Of a stretch of DNA of 64,000 bases, positions 44,649-57,725 are shown in pieces. Made by a program: the position numbers and the translations under genes. The DNA lies in contig NC_091289.1 in NCBI RefSeq assembly GCF_032444005.1, forward strand, positions 6,138,001 to 6,202,000, written 5' to 3'. Below the pieces are notes generated by a model. That model saw nothing but the letters and a program-made list of their open reading frames with translations. It was not told the DNA's origin and made no database searches. The first letter of the stretch is position 1. Each line of letters starts with the position of its first letter. Source of the DNA: Ranitomeya imitator (lineage: Eukaryota).

Positions 44649-47600
44649 TGTAATGACTTCACCTCTCAGTGCTGAGCTCTGTGCAGTGATTGACAGCTCA
44701 ATTGTTCAGTCTGATGCAGAGGCGTGCTGTGATTCACAGATCAGTTGTCAAGTCTGGTGCAGGGGTGTGCTGAGCTCTCTGTGCAGTGATCGATTGGCCA
44801 GTTCTTCAGTTTGGTGCAGGGGCATGCTGAGCTCTCTGTGCGGTGATCGACAGCTCAGTTGTTCAGTCTCGTGCAGGGTGTGCTGAGCTCTCTGTTCAGT
44901 GATTGACAGATCAGTTGTCCCGTTGATGCAGGGGTGTGCTGAGCTGTCTCTGTAGTTATTGACAGCTCAGTTGCTTAGTCTGGTGCAGGGGTGTGCTGAG
45001 CTGTCTGTGTAGTGATTGACAGCACAGTGAAACAGTCTGTTGCAGGGGCGTGCTGAGCTGACTGCAGTGATTGACAGCTCAGTTTTCCAGTCTGGTGCAG
45101 GGGCATGCTCAGCTCTCTGTTTAGTGATTGACAGCTCAGTTGTCAAGTCTGATGCAGGGGCATGCTCAGCTCTCTGTGCAGTGATTGACAGCTCACTTGT
45201 CCAGTCTGGTGCAGGAGTGTGCTGAGTTCTCTGTGCAGTGGTTCATGGCTCAGTTGTCCAGTCTGGTGCAGGGGCATGCTGAACTGTCTGTGCAGTGATT
45301 GACAGCTTAGCTTTTCTGCCTGGTGCAGGAATGTGCTAAGCTTTCTGTGCAGTGATTGACAGCTTAGTTGTCCAGTCTGGTGCAGGGGCGTGCTGAGTTC
45401 TCTGTGCAGTGATTGACAGCTTAGTTGTCAGTCTGGTGTAGGGGCGTGCTGAGCTTTCTGTGCAGTGATTGACAGCTTAGTTGTCAGTCTGGTGCAGGGG
45501 TGTGCTGAGTTCTCTGTGCAGTGATTGACAGCTTAGTTGTCAGTCTGGTGCAGGGGTGTGCTGAGCTCTCTGTGCAGCATTTGACAGCTTAGTTGTCCAG
45601 TCTGGTGCAGGGGCGTGCTGAGTTCTCTGTGCAGTGATTGACAGCTTAGTTGTCAGTCTGGTGCAGGAGTGTGCTGAGTTCTCTGTGCAGTGATTGATGG
45701 CTTAGTTGTTCAGTCTGGTGCAGGGGCATGCTGAACTGTCTGTGCAGTGATTGACAGCTTAGTTTTTCAGCCTGGTGCAGGAATGTGCTGAACTTTCTGT
45801 GCAGTGATTGACAGCTTAGTTGTCCACTCTGGTGCAGGGGTGTGCTGTGTTCTTTGTGCAGTGATTGACAGCTCAGTTGTCCAGTCTGGTCCATGGGCAT
45901 GCTGAGCTGTCTGTGTTGTGAGTGACAGCTTAGTTTTTCAGTCTGGTGCAGGAATGTGCTGAGCTTTCTGTGCAGTGATTGACAGCTTGGTTGTCCCTTT
46001 TGGTGCGGGGGCGTGCTGAGCTCTTTGTGCAGTGATCGACAGCTTAATTGTCAAATCGGGTGCAGGGGGATGCTGAGCTCTCTGTGCAGTGATTGACTGC
46101 TCAGTTGTCCAGTCTCTTGCAGGCGTGTGATGAGCTGTCTGTGCAGTGATTGACAGCTCAGTTGTTTAGTCTGATGCATGGGTGTGCTGAGCTGTCTGTG
46201 CAGTGATTGACAGCTTAATTGTCAAATCGGGTGCAGGGGCATGCTGAGCTCTCTATGCAGTGATTGACTGCTCAGTTGTCCAGTCTCTTGCAGGCGTGTG
46301 ATGAGCTGTCTGTGTAGTGACTGACAGCTCAATTGCTTAGTCTGGTGCAGGGGTGTGCTTAGCTGTCTGTTCAGTGATTGACAGCTCAATTGTTTAGTCT
46401 GGTGCAGGGGTGTGCTTAGCTGTCTGTGCAGTGATTGACAGCTCAGTTGTTCAGTCTGGTGCAGGGGTGTGCTGAGCTGTCTGTGGAGTGATTGACAGCT
46501 CAGTTGTTCAGTCTGGTGCAGGGGTGTGCTTAGCTGTCTGTTCAGTGATTGACAGCTCAGTTGTTTAGTCTGGTGCAGGGGTGTGCTTAGCTGTCTGTGC
46601 AGTGATTGACAGCTCAGTTGTTCAGTCTGGTGCAGGGGTGTGCTGAGCTGTCTGTTCAGTGATTGATAGCTCAGTTGTTCAGTCTGGTGCAGGGGTCTGC
46701 TGAGCTCTCTGCGCAGTGATTGACAGCTTAGTTGTCCAGTCTGGGGCAGGGGCGTGCTCAGCTCTCTGTGCAGTGATTGACAGCTCAGTTGTTCATTCTG
46801 GTGCAAGGGTCTGCTGAGCTCTTTGTGCAGTGATTGACAGCTCAGTTGTCCAGTCTGGTTCAGGGGCATGCTCAGCTCTCTGTTCAGTGATTGACAGCTC
46901 AGTTGCCCAATCTGGTGCAGGGGCATGCTCAGCTCTCTGTTCAGTGATTGACAGCTCAGTTGTCCAGTCTGGTGCAGGGGCATGATGAGCTGTCTGTGCA
47001 GTGATTGACAGCTTAGTTGTCAGTCTGGTGCAGGGGTGTGCTGAGTTCTCTGTGCAGTGATTGACAGCTTAGTTGTCAGTCTGGTGCAGGGGTGTGCTGA
47101 GCTCTCTGTGCAGCATTTGACAGCTTAGTTGTCCAGTCTGGTGCAGGGGCGTGCTGAGTTCTCTGTGCAGTGATTGACAGCTTAGTTGTCAGTCTGGTGC
47201 AGGAGTGTGCTGAGTTCTCTGTGCAGTGATTGATGGCTTAGTTGTTCAGTCTGGTGCAGGGGCATGCTGAACTGTCTGTGCAGTGATTGACAGCTTAGTT
47301 TTTCAGCCTGGTGCAGGAATGTGCTGAACTTTCTGTGCAGTGATTGACAGCTTAGTTGTCCACTCTGGTGCAGGGGTGTGCTGTGTTCTTTGTGCAGTGA
47401 TTGACAGCTCAGTTGTCCAGTCTGGTCCATGGGCATGCTGAGCTGTCTGTGTTGTGAGTGACAGCTTAGTTTTTCAGTCTGGTGCAGGAATGTGCTGAGC
47501 TTTCTGTGCAGTGATTGACAGCTTGGTTGTCCCTTTTGGTGCGGGGGCGTGCTGAGCTCTTTGTGCAGTGATCGACAGCTTAATTGTCAAATCGGGTGCA

Positions 47601-50600
47601 GGGGGATGCTGAGCTCTCTGTGCAGTGATTGACTGCTCAGTTGTCCAGTCTCTTGCAGGCGTGTGATGAGCTGTCTGTGCAGTGATTGACAGCTCAGTTG
47701 TTTAGTCTGATGCATGGGTGTGCTGAGCTGTCTGTGCAGTGATTGACAGCTTAATTGTCAAATCGGGTGCAGGGGCATGCTGAGCTCTCTATGCAGTGAT
47801 TGACTGCTCAGTTGTCCAGTCTCTTGCAGGCGTGTGATGAGCTGTCTGTGTAGTGACTGACAGCTCAATTGCTTAGTCTGGTGCAGGGGTGTGCTTAGCT
47901 GTCTGTTCAGTGATTGACAGCTCAATTGTTTAGTCTGGTGCAGGGGTGTGCTTAGCTGTCTGTGCAGTGATTGACAGCTCAGTTGTTCAGTCTGGTGCAG
48001 GGGTGTGCTGAGCTGTCTGTGGAGTGATTGACAGCTCAGTTGTTCAGTCTGGTGCAGGGGTGTGCTTAGCTGTCTGTTCAGTGATTGACAGCTCAGTTGT
48101 TTAGTCTGGTGCAGGGGTGTGCTTAGCTGTCTGTGCAGTGATTGACAGCTCAGTTGTTCAGTCTGGTGCAGGGGTGTGCTGAGCTGTCTGTTCAGTGATT
48201 GATAGCTCAGTTGTTCAGTCTGGTGCAGGGGTCTGCTGAGCTCTCTGCGCAGTGATTGACAGCTTAGTTGTCCAGTCTGGGGCAGGGGCGTGCTCAGCTC
48301 TCTGTGCAGTGATTGACAGCTCAGTTGTTCATTCTGGTGCAAGGGTCTGCTGAGCTCTTTGTGCAGTGATTGACAGCTCAGTTGTCCAGTCTGGTTCAGG
48401 GGCATGCTCAGCTCTCTGTTCAGTGATTGACAGCTCAGTTGCCCAGTCTGGTGCAGGGGCATGCTCAGCTCTCTGTTCAGTGATTGACAGCTCAGTTGTC
48501 CAGTCTGGTGCAGGGGCATGATGAGCTGTCTGTGCAGTGATTGACAGCTTAGTTGTCCAGTCTGGTGAAGGGGTGTGCTGAGGTGTCTGTGCAGTGATTG
48601 ACAGCTCAGTTGTTCAGTCTGGTGCAGGGGTGTGCTTAGCTCTCTGTTCAGTGAATGACAGCTCAGTTGTTTAGTCTGGTGCAGGGGTGTGCTTAGCTGT
48701 CTGTGCAGTGATTGACAGCTCAGTTGTTCAGTCTGGTGCAGGGGTGTGCTGAGCTGTCTGTTCAGTGATTGATAGCTCAGTTGTCAAGTCTGGTGCAGGG
48801 GTCTGCTGAGCTCTCTGTGCAGTGATTGAAAGCTTAGTTGTCCAGTCTGGGGCAGGGGCATGCTCAGCTCTCTGTGCAGTGATTGACAGCTCAGTTGTTC
48901 ATTCTGGTTCAGGGATGTGCTGAGCTGTCTGTCTCTTCGGTGATTGATAGCTCAGTTGTCAAGTCTGGTGCAAGGGTCTGCTGAGCGCTTTGTGCAGTGA
49001 TTGACAGCTCAGTTGTCCAGTTTGGTTCAGGGGCATGCTCAGCTTTCTGTTCAGTGTTTGACAGCTCAGTTGCCCAGTCTGGTGCAGGGGCATGCTCAGC
49101 TCTCTGTTCAGTGATTGACAGCTCAGTTGTCCAGTCTGGTGCAGGGGCATGATGAGCTGTCTGTGCAGTGATTGACAGCTTAGTTCTCCAGTCTGGTGCA
49201 GGGGTGTGCTGAGCTCTCTGTGCAGTGATTGACAGCTCAGTTGTTCAGTCTGGTGCAAAGGTGTGCTGAGCTGTCTGTGCAGTGATTGTCAGCTCAGTTC
49301 CTCAGTCTGGTACAGGGGTGTGCTGAGCTGTCTGTGCAGTGATTGACAGCTCAGTTGTCCAGTCTGGTGCAGGGGTGTGCCGAGTTGTCTGTGCAGTGAT
49401 TGATAGCTCAATTGTCAAGTCTGGTGCAGGGATGTGCTGAGCTCTCTGTGCAGCATTTGACAGCTTAGTTGTCCAGTCTGGTGCAGGGGCGTGCTGAGTT
49501 CTCTGTGCAGTGATTGACAGCTTAGTTGTCAGTCTGGTGCAGGGGTGTGCTGAGCTCTCTGTGCAGCATTTGACATCTCAGTTGCCCAGTCTGGTGCAGG
49601 GGCATGCTCAGCTCTCTGTTCAGTGATTGACAGCTCCGTTGTCCAGTCTGGTGCAGGAGTGTGCTGAGTTCTCTGTGCAGTGATTAATGGCTTAGATGTC
49701 CAGTCTGGTGCAGGGGCATGCTGAACTGTCTGTGCAGTGATTGACAGCTTAGTTTTTCAGCCTGGTGCAGGAATGTGCTGAACTTTCTGTGCAGTGATTG
49801 ACAGCTTAGTTGTCCACTCTGGTGCAGGGGCGTGCTGTGTTCTTTGTGCAGTGATTGACAGCTCAGTTGTCCAGTCTGGTCCACGGGCATGCTGAGCTGT
49901 CTGTGTTGTGATTGACAGCTTAGTTTTTCAGTCTGACGCAGGAATGTGCTGAGCTTTCTGTGCAGTGATTGACAGCTTAATTGTCAAATCGGGTGCAGGG
50001 GGATGCTGAGCTCTCTGTGCAGTGATTGACAGATCAGTTGTTCATTCTGGTGCAGGGGTGTGCTGAGCTGTCTGTTTAGTGATTGACAGCTCAGTTGCTA
50101 ATTCTGGTGCAGGGGTATGCTGAGCTGTCTGTGCAGTGATTGAAAGCTCAGTTGTCCAGTCTGGTGCAGGGGCGTGCTGAGCTCTCTCTGCAGTGATTGA
50201 CTGCTCAGTTGTCCAGTCTCTTGCAGGCATGTGATGAGCTGTCTGTGCAGTGATTGACAGCTCAGTTGTTTAGTCTGATGCATGGATGTGCTGAGCTGTC
50301 TGTGCAGTGATTGACAGCTTAATTGTCAAATCGGGTGCAGGGGCATGCTGAGCTCTCTGTGCAGTGATTGAATGCTCAGTTGTCCAGTCTCTTGCAGGCG
50401 TGTGATGAGCTGTCTGTGCAGTGACTGACAGCTCAATTGCTTAGTCTGGTGCAGGGGTGTGCTTAGCTGTCTGTTCAGTGATTGACAGCTCAATTGTTTA
50501 GTCTGGTGCAGGGGTGTGCTTAGCTGTCTGTGCAGTGATTGACAGCTCAGTTGTTCAGTCTGGTGCAGGGGTGTGCTGAGCTGTCTGTGCAGTGATTGAC

Positions 50601-53600
50601 AGCTCAGTTGTTCAGTCTGGTGCAGGGGTGTGCTGAGCTGTCTGTTCAGTGATTGATAGCTCAGTTGTCAAGTCTGGTGCAGGGGTCTGCTGAGCTCTCT
50701 GTGCAGTGATTGAAAGCTTAGTTGTCCAGTCTGGGGCAGGGGCATGCTCAGCTCTCTGTGCAGTGATTGACAGCTCAGTTGTTCATTCTGGTTCAGGGAT
50801 GTGCTGAGCTGTCTGTCTCTTCGGTGATTGATAGCTCAGTTGTCAAGTCTGGTGCAAGGGTCTGCTGAGCGCTTTGTGCAGTGATTGACAGCTCAGTTGT
50901 CCAGTCTGGTTCAGGGGCATGCTCAGCTTTCTGTTCAGTGTTTGACAGCTCAGTTGCCAAGTCTGGTGCAGGGGCATGCTCAGCTCTCTGTTCAGTGATT
51001 GACAGCTCAGTTGTCCAGTCTGGTGCAGGGGCATGATGAGCTGTCTGTGCAGTGATTGACAGCTTAGTTCTCCAGTCTGGTGCAGGGGTGTGCTGAGCTC
51101 TCTGTGCAGTGATTGACAGCTCAGTTGTTCAGTCTGGTGCAAAGGTGTGCTGAGCTGTCTGTGCAGTGATTGTCAGCTCAGTTCCTCAGTCTGGTACAGG
51201 GGTGTGCTGAGCTGTCTGTGCAGTGATTGACAGCTCAGTTGTCCAGTCTGGTGCAGGGGTGTGCCGAGTTGTCTGTGCAGTGATTGATAGCTCAATTGTC
51301 AAGTCTGGTGCAGGGATGTGCTGAGCTCTCTGTGCAGCATTTGACAGCTTAGTTGTCCAGTCTGGTGCAGGGGCGTGCTGAGTTCTCTGTGCAGTGATTG
51401 ACAGCTTAGTTGTCAGTCTGGTGCAGGGGTGTGCTGAGCTCTCTGTGCAGCATTTGACATCTCAGTTGCCCAGTCTGGTGCAGGGGCATGCTCAGCTCTC
51501 TGTTCAGTGATTGACAGCTCAGTTGTCCAGTCTGGTGCAGGGGCATGCTCAGCTCTCTGTTCAGTGATTGACAGCTCAGTTGTTCAGTCTGGTGCAGGGG
51601 TGTGCTGAGCTGTCTGTTCAGTGATTGATAGCTCAGTTATCAATTCTGGTGCAGGGGTCTGCTGAGCTCTCTGTGCAGTGATTGAAAGCTTAGTTGTCCA
51701 GTCTGGGGCAGGGGCATGCTCAGCTCTCTGTGCAGTGATTGACAGCTCAGTTGTTCATTCTGGTTCAGGGATGTGCTGAGCTGTCTGTCTCTTCGGTGAT
51801 TGATAGCTCAGTTGTCAAGTCTGGTGCAAGGGTCTGCTGAGCGCTTTGTGCAGTGATTGACAGCTCAGTTGTCCAGTCTGGTTCAGGGGCATGCTCAGCT
51901 TTCTGTTCAGTGTTTGACAGCTCAGTTGCCCAGTCTGGTGCAGGGGCATGCTCAGCTCTCTGTTCAGTGATTGACAGCTCAGTTGTCCAGTCTGGTGCAG
52001 GGGCATGATGAGCTGTCTGTGCAGTGATTGACAGCTTAGTTCTCCAGTCTGGTGCAGGCGTGTGCTGAGCTCTCTGTGCAGTGATTGACAGCTCAGTTGT
52101 TCAGTCTGGTGCAAAGGTGTGCTGAGCTGTCTGTGCAGTGATTGTCAGCTCAGTTCCTCAGTCTGGTACAGGGGTGTGCTGAGCTGTCTGTGCAGTGATT
52201 GACAGCTCAGTTGTCCAGTCTGGTGCAGGGGTGTGCCGAGTTGTCTGTGCAGTGATTGATAGCTCAATTGTCAAGTCTGGTGCAGGGATGTGCTGAGCTC
52301 TCTGTGCAGCATTTGACAGCTTAGTTGTCCAGTCTGGTGCAGGGGCGTGCTGAGTTCTCTGTGCAGTGATTGACAGCTTAGTTGTCAGTCTGGTGCAGGG
52401 GTGTGCTGAGCTCTCTGTGCAGCATTTGACATCTCAGTTGCCCAGTCTGGTGCAGGGGCATGCTCAGCTCTCTGTTCAGTGATTGACAGCTCAGTTGTCC
52501 AGTCTGGTGCAGGAGTGTGCTGAGTTCTCTGTGCAGTGATTAATGGCTTAGATGTCCAGTCTGGTGCAGGGGCATGCTGAACTGTCTGTGCAGTGATTGA
52601 CAGCTTAGTTTTTCAGCCTGGTGCAGGAATGTGCTGAACTTTCTGTGCAGTGATTGACAGCTTAGTTGTCCACTCTGGTGCAGGGGTGTGCTGTGTTCTT
52701 TGTGCAGTGATTGACAGCTCAGTTGTCCAGTCTGGTCCACGGGCATGCTGAGCTGTCTGTGTTGTGATTGACAGCTTAGTTTTTCAGTCTGACGCAGGAA
52801 TGTGCTGAGCTTTCTGTGCAGTGATTGACAGCTTAATTGTCAAATCGGGTGCAGGGGGATGCTGAGCTCTCTGTGCAGTGATTGACAGATCAGTTGTTCA
52901 TTCTGGTGCAGGGGTGTGCTGAGCTGTCTGTTCAGTGATTGACAGCTCAGTTGCTAATTCTGGTGCAGGGGTATGCTGAGCTGTCTGTGCAGTGATTGAA
53001 AGCTCAGTTGTCCAGTCTGGTGCAGGGGCGTGCTGCGCTCTCTCTGCAGTGATTGACTGCTCAGTTGTCCAGTCTCTTGCAGGCATGTGATGAGCTGTCT
53101 GTGCAGTGATTGACAGCTCAGTTGTTTAGTCTGATGCATGGGTGTGCTGAGCTGTCTGTGCAGTGATTGACAGCTTAATTGTCAAATCGGGTGCAGGGGC
53201 ATGCTGAGCTCTCTGTGCAGTGATTGACTGCTCAGTTGTCCAGTCTCTTGCAGGCGTGTGATGAGCTGTCTGTGCAGTGACTGACAGCTCAATTGCTTAG
53301 TCTGGTGCAGGGGTGTGCTTAGCTGTCTGTTCAGTGATTGACAGCTCAATTGTTTAGTCTGGTGCAGGGGTGTGCTTAGCTGTATGTGCAGTGATTGACA
53401 GCTCAGTTGTTCAGTCTGGTGCAGGGGTGTGCTGAGCTGTCTGTGGAGTGATTGACAGCTCAGTTGTTCAGTCTGGTGCAGGGGTGTGCTTAGCTGTCTG
53501 TTCAGTGATTGACAGCTCAGTTGTTTAGTCTGGTGCAGGGGTGTGCTTAGCTGTCTGTGCAGTGATTGACAGCTCAGTTGTTCAGTCTGGTGCAGGGGTG

Positions 53601-55207
53601 TGCTGAGCTGTCTGTTCAGTGATTGATAGCTCAGTTGTCAAGTCTGGTGCAGGGGTCTGCTGAGCTCTTTGTGCAGTGATTGACAGCTTAGTTGTCCAGT
53701 CTGGGGCAGGGGTGTGCTCAGCTCTCTGTGTAGTGATTGACAGCTCAGTTGTTCATTCTGGTGCAGGGGTGTGCTGAGCTGTCTGTTCAGTGATTGACAG
53801 CTCAGTTATCAAGTCTGGTGCAAGGGTCTGCTGAGCTCTTTGTGCAGTGATTGACAGCTCAGTTGTCCAGTCTGGTTCAGGGGCATGCTCAGCTCTCTGT
53901 TCAGTGATTGACAGCTCAGTTGCCCAGTCTGGTGCAGGGGCATGCTCAGCTCTCTGTTCAGTGATTGACAGCTCAGTTGCCCAGTCTGGTGCAGGGGCAT
54001 GATGAGCTGTCTGTGCATTGATTGACCGCTTAGTTGTCCAGTCTGGTGCAGGGGCATGCTGAGCTCTCTGTGCAGTGATTGACAGCTTAGTTGTCCAGTC
54101 TGGTGCAGGGGTGTGCTGAGGTGTCTGTGCAGTGATTGACAGCTCAGTTGTTCAGTCTGGTGCAGGGGTGTGCTTAGCTCTCTGTTCAGTGATTGACAGC
54201 TCAGTTGTTTAGTCTGGTGCAGGGGTGTGCTTAGCTGTCTGTGCAGTGATTGACAGCTCAGTTGTTCAGTCTGGTGCAGGGGTGTGCTGAGCTGTCTGTT
54301 CAGTGATTGATAGCTCAGTTGTCAAGTCTGGTGCAGGGGTCTGCTGAGCTCTCTGTGCAGTGATTGAAAGCTTAGTTGTCCAGTCTGGGGCAGGGGCGTG
54401 CTTAGCTCTCTGTGCAGTGATTGACAGCTCAGTTGTTCATTCTGGTGCAGGGATGTGCTGAGCTGTCTGTTCAGTGATTGATAGCTCAGTTGTCAAGTCT
54501 GGTGCAAGAGTCTGCTGAGCGCTTTGTGCAGTGATTGACAGCTCAGTTGTCCAGTCTGGTTCAGGGGCATGCTCAGCTCTCTGTTCAGTGATTGACAGCT
54601 CAGTTGCCCAGTCTGGTGCAGGGGCATGCTCAGCTCTCTGTTCAGTGATTGACAGCTCAGTTGTCCAGTCTGGTGCAGGGGCATGATGAGCTGTCTGTGC
54701 AGTGATTGACAGCTTAGTTCTCCAGTCTGGTGCAGGGGTGTGCTGAGCTCTCTGTGCAGTGATTGACAGCTTAGTTGTCCAGTCTGGTGCACGGGTGTGC
54801 TGAGGTGTCTGTGCAGTGATTGACAGCTCAGTTGTTCAGTCTGGTGCAAAGGTGTGCTGAGCTGTCTGTGCAGTGATTGTCAGCTCAGTTCCTCAGTCTG
54901 GTGCAGGGGTGTGCTGAGCTGTCTGTGCAGTGATTGACAGCTCAGTTGTCAGTCTGGTGCAGGGGTGTGCTGAGCTCTCTGTGCAGCATTTGACATCTCA
55001 GTTGCCCAGTCTGGTGCAGGGGCATGCTCAGCTCTCTGTTCAGTGATTGACAGCTCAGTTGTCCAGTCTGGTGCGGGACTGTGCTGAGTTCTCTGTGCAG
55101 TGATTGATGGCTTAGTTGTAGAGTCTGGTGCAGGGGCATGCTGAACTGTCTGTGCAGTGACTGACAGCTTAGTTTTTCAGCCTGGTGCAGGAATGTGCTG
55201 AACTTTC
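44649..55207 (+). repeat. Family B LTR start expanded into a 10.5-kb satellite of 57-bp units (about 185 units by length)
   Basis: Starts tcacc|TGTAATGAC. Consensus unit tgctgagctctctgtgcagtgattgacagctcagttgtccagtctggtgcaggggtg. Higher-order duplications are visible as identical ORF fragments at offsets 1536, 972, 1884 and 2856 bp. Confidence 0.97.
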
Positions 55208-56082
55208 TTAGGTGGAGCTCCTGCATAAAGCTTCTTTATAGTCAGTTCTGGGGTGAGCCTTTATGCACAGGAGACACAATTAACTATCAAATGCTGGGGT
55301 TCACTTAGTTATGTAAATGTTCAGTAGTTTGCGCATTGTGACTGTAACACAAATTCTAAATTGAGACCTTTTAACTCAGAGCAAAACCGACAAACTCCAA
55401 AACTCCAGGATGAACTCCAAGCACAAACTTTCCTGTGCCCTCCCCAGCCATGACCTGCATGTTTATCAGGTTCCTGTCAGCAGCGGCAAACTGCCACCGC
55501 TGAGGATTGTGACTCACCCACACTGCGGGAGAGCCCGGGGTCAGATGCAGCGGGGAAAGCTCAGGCAGACGGGACCATAGCAGCGTGGTAAAAGGAGACA
55601 CTGAGGATAGAAAACAGTAGGACCTGCGATCATGTGACCACAGGGGGCGGGGCTTAGGGTCCTGCTGCTGGAGATGAGGGTAGGATGCTGCAGGGACCAT
55701 GGAGTAGAGGAGAGGGGAACTCAGGTCATACAAACGGGGGTCATACACAGAGAGGGCGGCACGGGAAAGGAGGGGCGATCAGAGAATAGTCAGAACGTAG
55801 GCAAGGAGTCATACACGGAGATAGCAGCGCAGTACAGGAGGGACAGGTGGAAGTCTTAATGGGGACAGAACCAGATCAGAACCAGACAAACATAAAGTAG
55901 CACAGACACAAAGCACTGGCACAGGTGCAACAGGGTCACACACACTCGCCCAATGATCAGAGTATAAACGACAAGGAATGAGCCCACAATAAGGCTATAA
56001 GAAGCCTCCCAGAATCCCATAGTGAGGCCGTCAAGATTAACCTCTGAACTACCTAATCCCACAAACTAAGCAGATCATGACA

Positions 56083-57582
56083 CAGCAACATCGGTAACAT
56101 TCGGCCTGCACGGGTGTAGCGACCTCACAGCACAGGTCCACATGCCCAGCCAGGACCCTCACGTTCATGTAACGTGCCAGGTGCTATAGATGAAAACTGT
56201 AAAGCGCTGCGGAATATGTTAGCGCTATAAAAAAATAAAGACTATTATTATTATTATCATTCGGCACACGGCTACGGCTCCGCACCACCTTAGAATAGGC
56301 TTAGTCTTTAGGATTGAGCTTTGCAGCTGGAAGAGCAGAGAAATGTGGGGAAGATTCTAGTTGTGTGGAGGATAACGATCGTTACTCAGTCTAAGATGGC
56401 ACTAAACACGGACTCTGTAAAAGGGGTTAGTGGCACAGGAAAACAAGAAGGTTCGGCCCATCCTCTCAAAGGAAGAGCAAAGGGACACAAAGTGGTGCCC
56501 AACCCTTTAGAGGTTACACCTATCAGAGGAAGAACTGCAACTGGAATGGCCGGCCGATAGTGAGGAGTGGCCATTGTAGCAGAACAAAGTGGAAGGAAAA
56601 GGCCCACCTAGTAAGGTATGACTCACGAGAACGGGCAGAGGAGTTAGAGAAATGGGATAATGAGCCAGAGAAAACTCCAATAAGCAAAAGGTGGAGCCAT
56701 GATGGGTCTCAAGTGGCGGAAGAAATGGGGCTATTTGTTGGTTGTGAGTCAGGGAAGAAGCAGTGAGGTATGATGGAGGAGTGGGAGTTATTGTTGATCA
56801 AGGGAGGTCTGGCACAGAGTGAGCCAGTCGATTAGAGGATCGGATGTGGATGGTTGCGCCAACTGATGGCGATGGTGGTGGTAGAGGAGTGGCTAGGTTG
56901 CCTGATGAAGGAGGCGGAGGCTGGGCATAAGCAAGATTCATGGCCCATGGATTGGTCAAGTACCTGGAGGCCTTTTGAGCCCAGACGTCAGTGGGTTCCC
57001 CTCCAACCCTGGAAGTAGTTCCCAGCCCTGGACGAGTAACCCCTGCCACTACGGTGCAGTGGATAGCCAGCATCATTCGGGACAACATGTGGGGCCTGCT
57101 GGCTGGTCATGGAAGTGATGACCTGGTGCGGGCCCCATGAGGGTCCACGTTAGTCAGCTGGGAACTGACAGTTACTGTGAGGAGCCGTAGTGTTACACCT
57201 TGACTCTTATGGCCCACACAGAGGAAAACAGAAGCCCCCAAGATTGTGTGCTGGTAGAGTAGTGTTACCATGGAAGGTAGAATGTTTCCAGAACAGAAGG
57301 AGATGTGTGAGATGATTTCACTTGTTTATAAAGAAGCGCCTGTGAAGATAAATGCTGACTATTCTATTCAGTAAAAAGAAGTTTATTTTTTTGTGGTGGT
57401 TTCCCTCATTGAACTGTCCAGTACCTGGACCTGGCAAACCAGCAACATCGGTAACATGCGGCCTGCACGGGCGTAGGGCCCTCACAGCACAAGTCCACAC
57501 ACCCAGCCATGACCTCCACATTCAGGTAACGTGCCGGGGTGCTTTAGATGAGTACCCGGCCCACGGATCCCATCACATTACA
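56083..57582 (+). mobile_element. Copy of the deleted LTR retrotransposon 3' of OR5
   Basis: Paralog of 41736-43172. Confidence 0.6.
56194..56256 (+). mobile_element. 63-bp SINE/LINE 3'-tail insertion
   Basis: aaactgtaaagcgctgcggaatatgttagcgctataaaaaaataaagactattattattatta matches the tail of the SINE at 26671-26953. Absent at the paralogous site near 41845. Confidence 0.88.
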
Positions 57583-57725
57583 CTCATATACTCTCGAAAC
57601 CCTCCATTTTGTATCCCAAGGACTTAGTTTTGAAATGTATTTACAGACTTTTCTTGACTATAGAGTGTGTCTATGATAAATCTTCGGCAGGAAACATCTG
57701 CATATCCTCATGTCGCTGCCTGGCA

